The notes under the pieces are model-generated. The model was not told where the DNA came from. It saw only the letters and a program-made list of their open reading frames with translations, and ran no database searches. The translations under genes and the position numbers were made by a program. 64,000 bases of DNA from an uncultured delta proteobacterium (GTDB taxonomy: Bacteria > Desulfobacterota > Binatia > UTPRO1), in assembly GCA_963846105.1 (NCBI GenBank), contig CAWJUT010000001.1, positions 32,292-96,291 of the forward strand. Direction: 5' to 3'. Shown piece by piece: positions 63,937-64,000 of the stretch; the first letter of the stretch is position 1; every line of letters begins with the position of its first letter.

Positions 63937-64000
63937 CTCAGAGCGGCGGGCCCGGAGAAGCCGTCGCGGCGGATGCGCCAGAAGTGCACCGCCAGGAAGA
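63937..64000 (-). CDS. C-terminal tail of cytochrome b N-terminal subunit (b6-like), truncated by window end
   Basis: FLAVHFWRIRRDGFSGP: heme-ligand His and the typical end of split cytochrome b. Confidence 0.8.

Overview
A very GC-rich (roughly 70% by eye) bacterial chromosomal segment, densely coding. I see no rRNA, tRNA, CRISPR array, integrase or transposase. Gene content (hpnH/hpnG, YfhL ferredoxin, Cys-rich secreted appendages, split-cytochrome-b bc complex) suggests a deltaproteobacteria-like organism such as Binatia; this is inference only. Many genes, essential ones included (tgt, dtd, lnt, pstSAB, phoR, ispB), carry single-base frameshifts, often in G/C runs, and they become denser in the last ~5 kb. 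I read these as long-read assembly indels, so coordinates of broken genes are joined by eye. Order of content: yajC-tgt-queA; UDG; Zn-phospholipase; coaBC; an inositol-phospholipid module (flippase-like, CDP-alcohol phosphotransferase, ino1); ferredoxin; mrp; polyprenyl synthase; moaA; hydrolases; lnt; a penicillin-acylase-like protein; gspA/gspB; hopanoid genes; dtd; comEA; an atypical enhancer-binding protein; thiO; split MetE; an ECF sigma with anti-sigma-AsmA fusion; a full pho/pst operon with porin and Pho box; an alkaline-phosphatase-family protein; a tandem thymidylate-kinase-like pair; and the distal part of a cytochrome bc operon with octaheme, cupredoxin-like and triheme subunits. 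The best candidates for undescribed biology are (1) the ECF sigma / ZAS-AsmA anti-sigma locus with two hidden paralogous small membrane proteins, (2) the twin TMK-like kinases upstream of the Pho regulon, (3) the inositol-lipid module, (4) the multiheme/copper-extended bc complex, and (5) the tandem 44-bp repeat abutting the moaA promoter.
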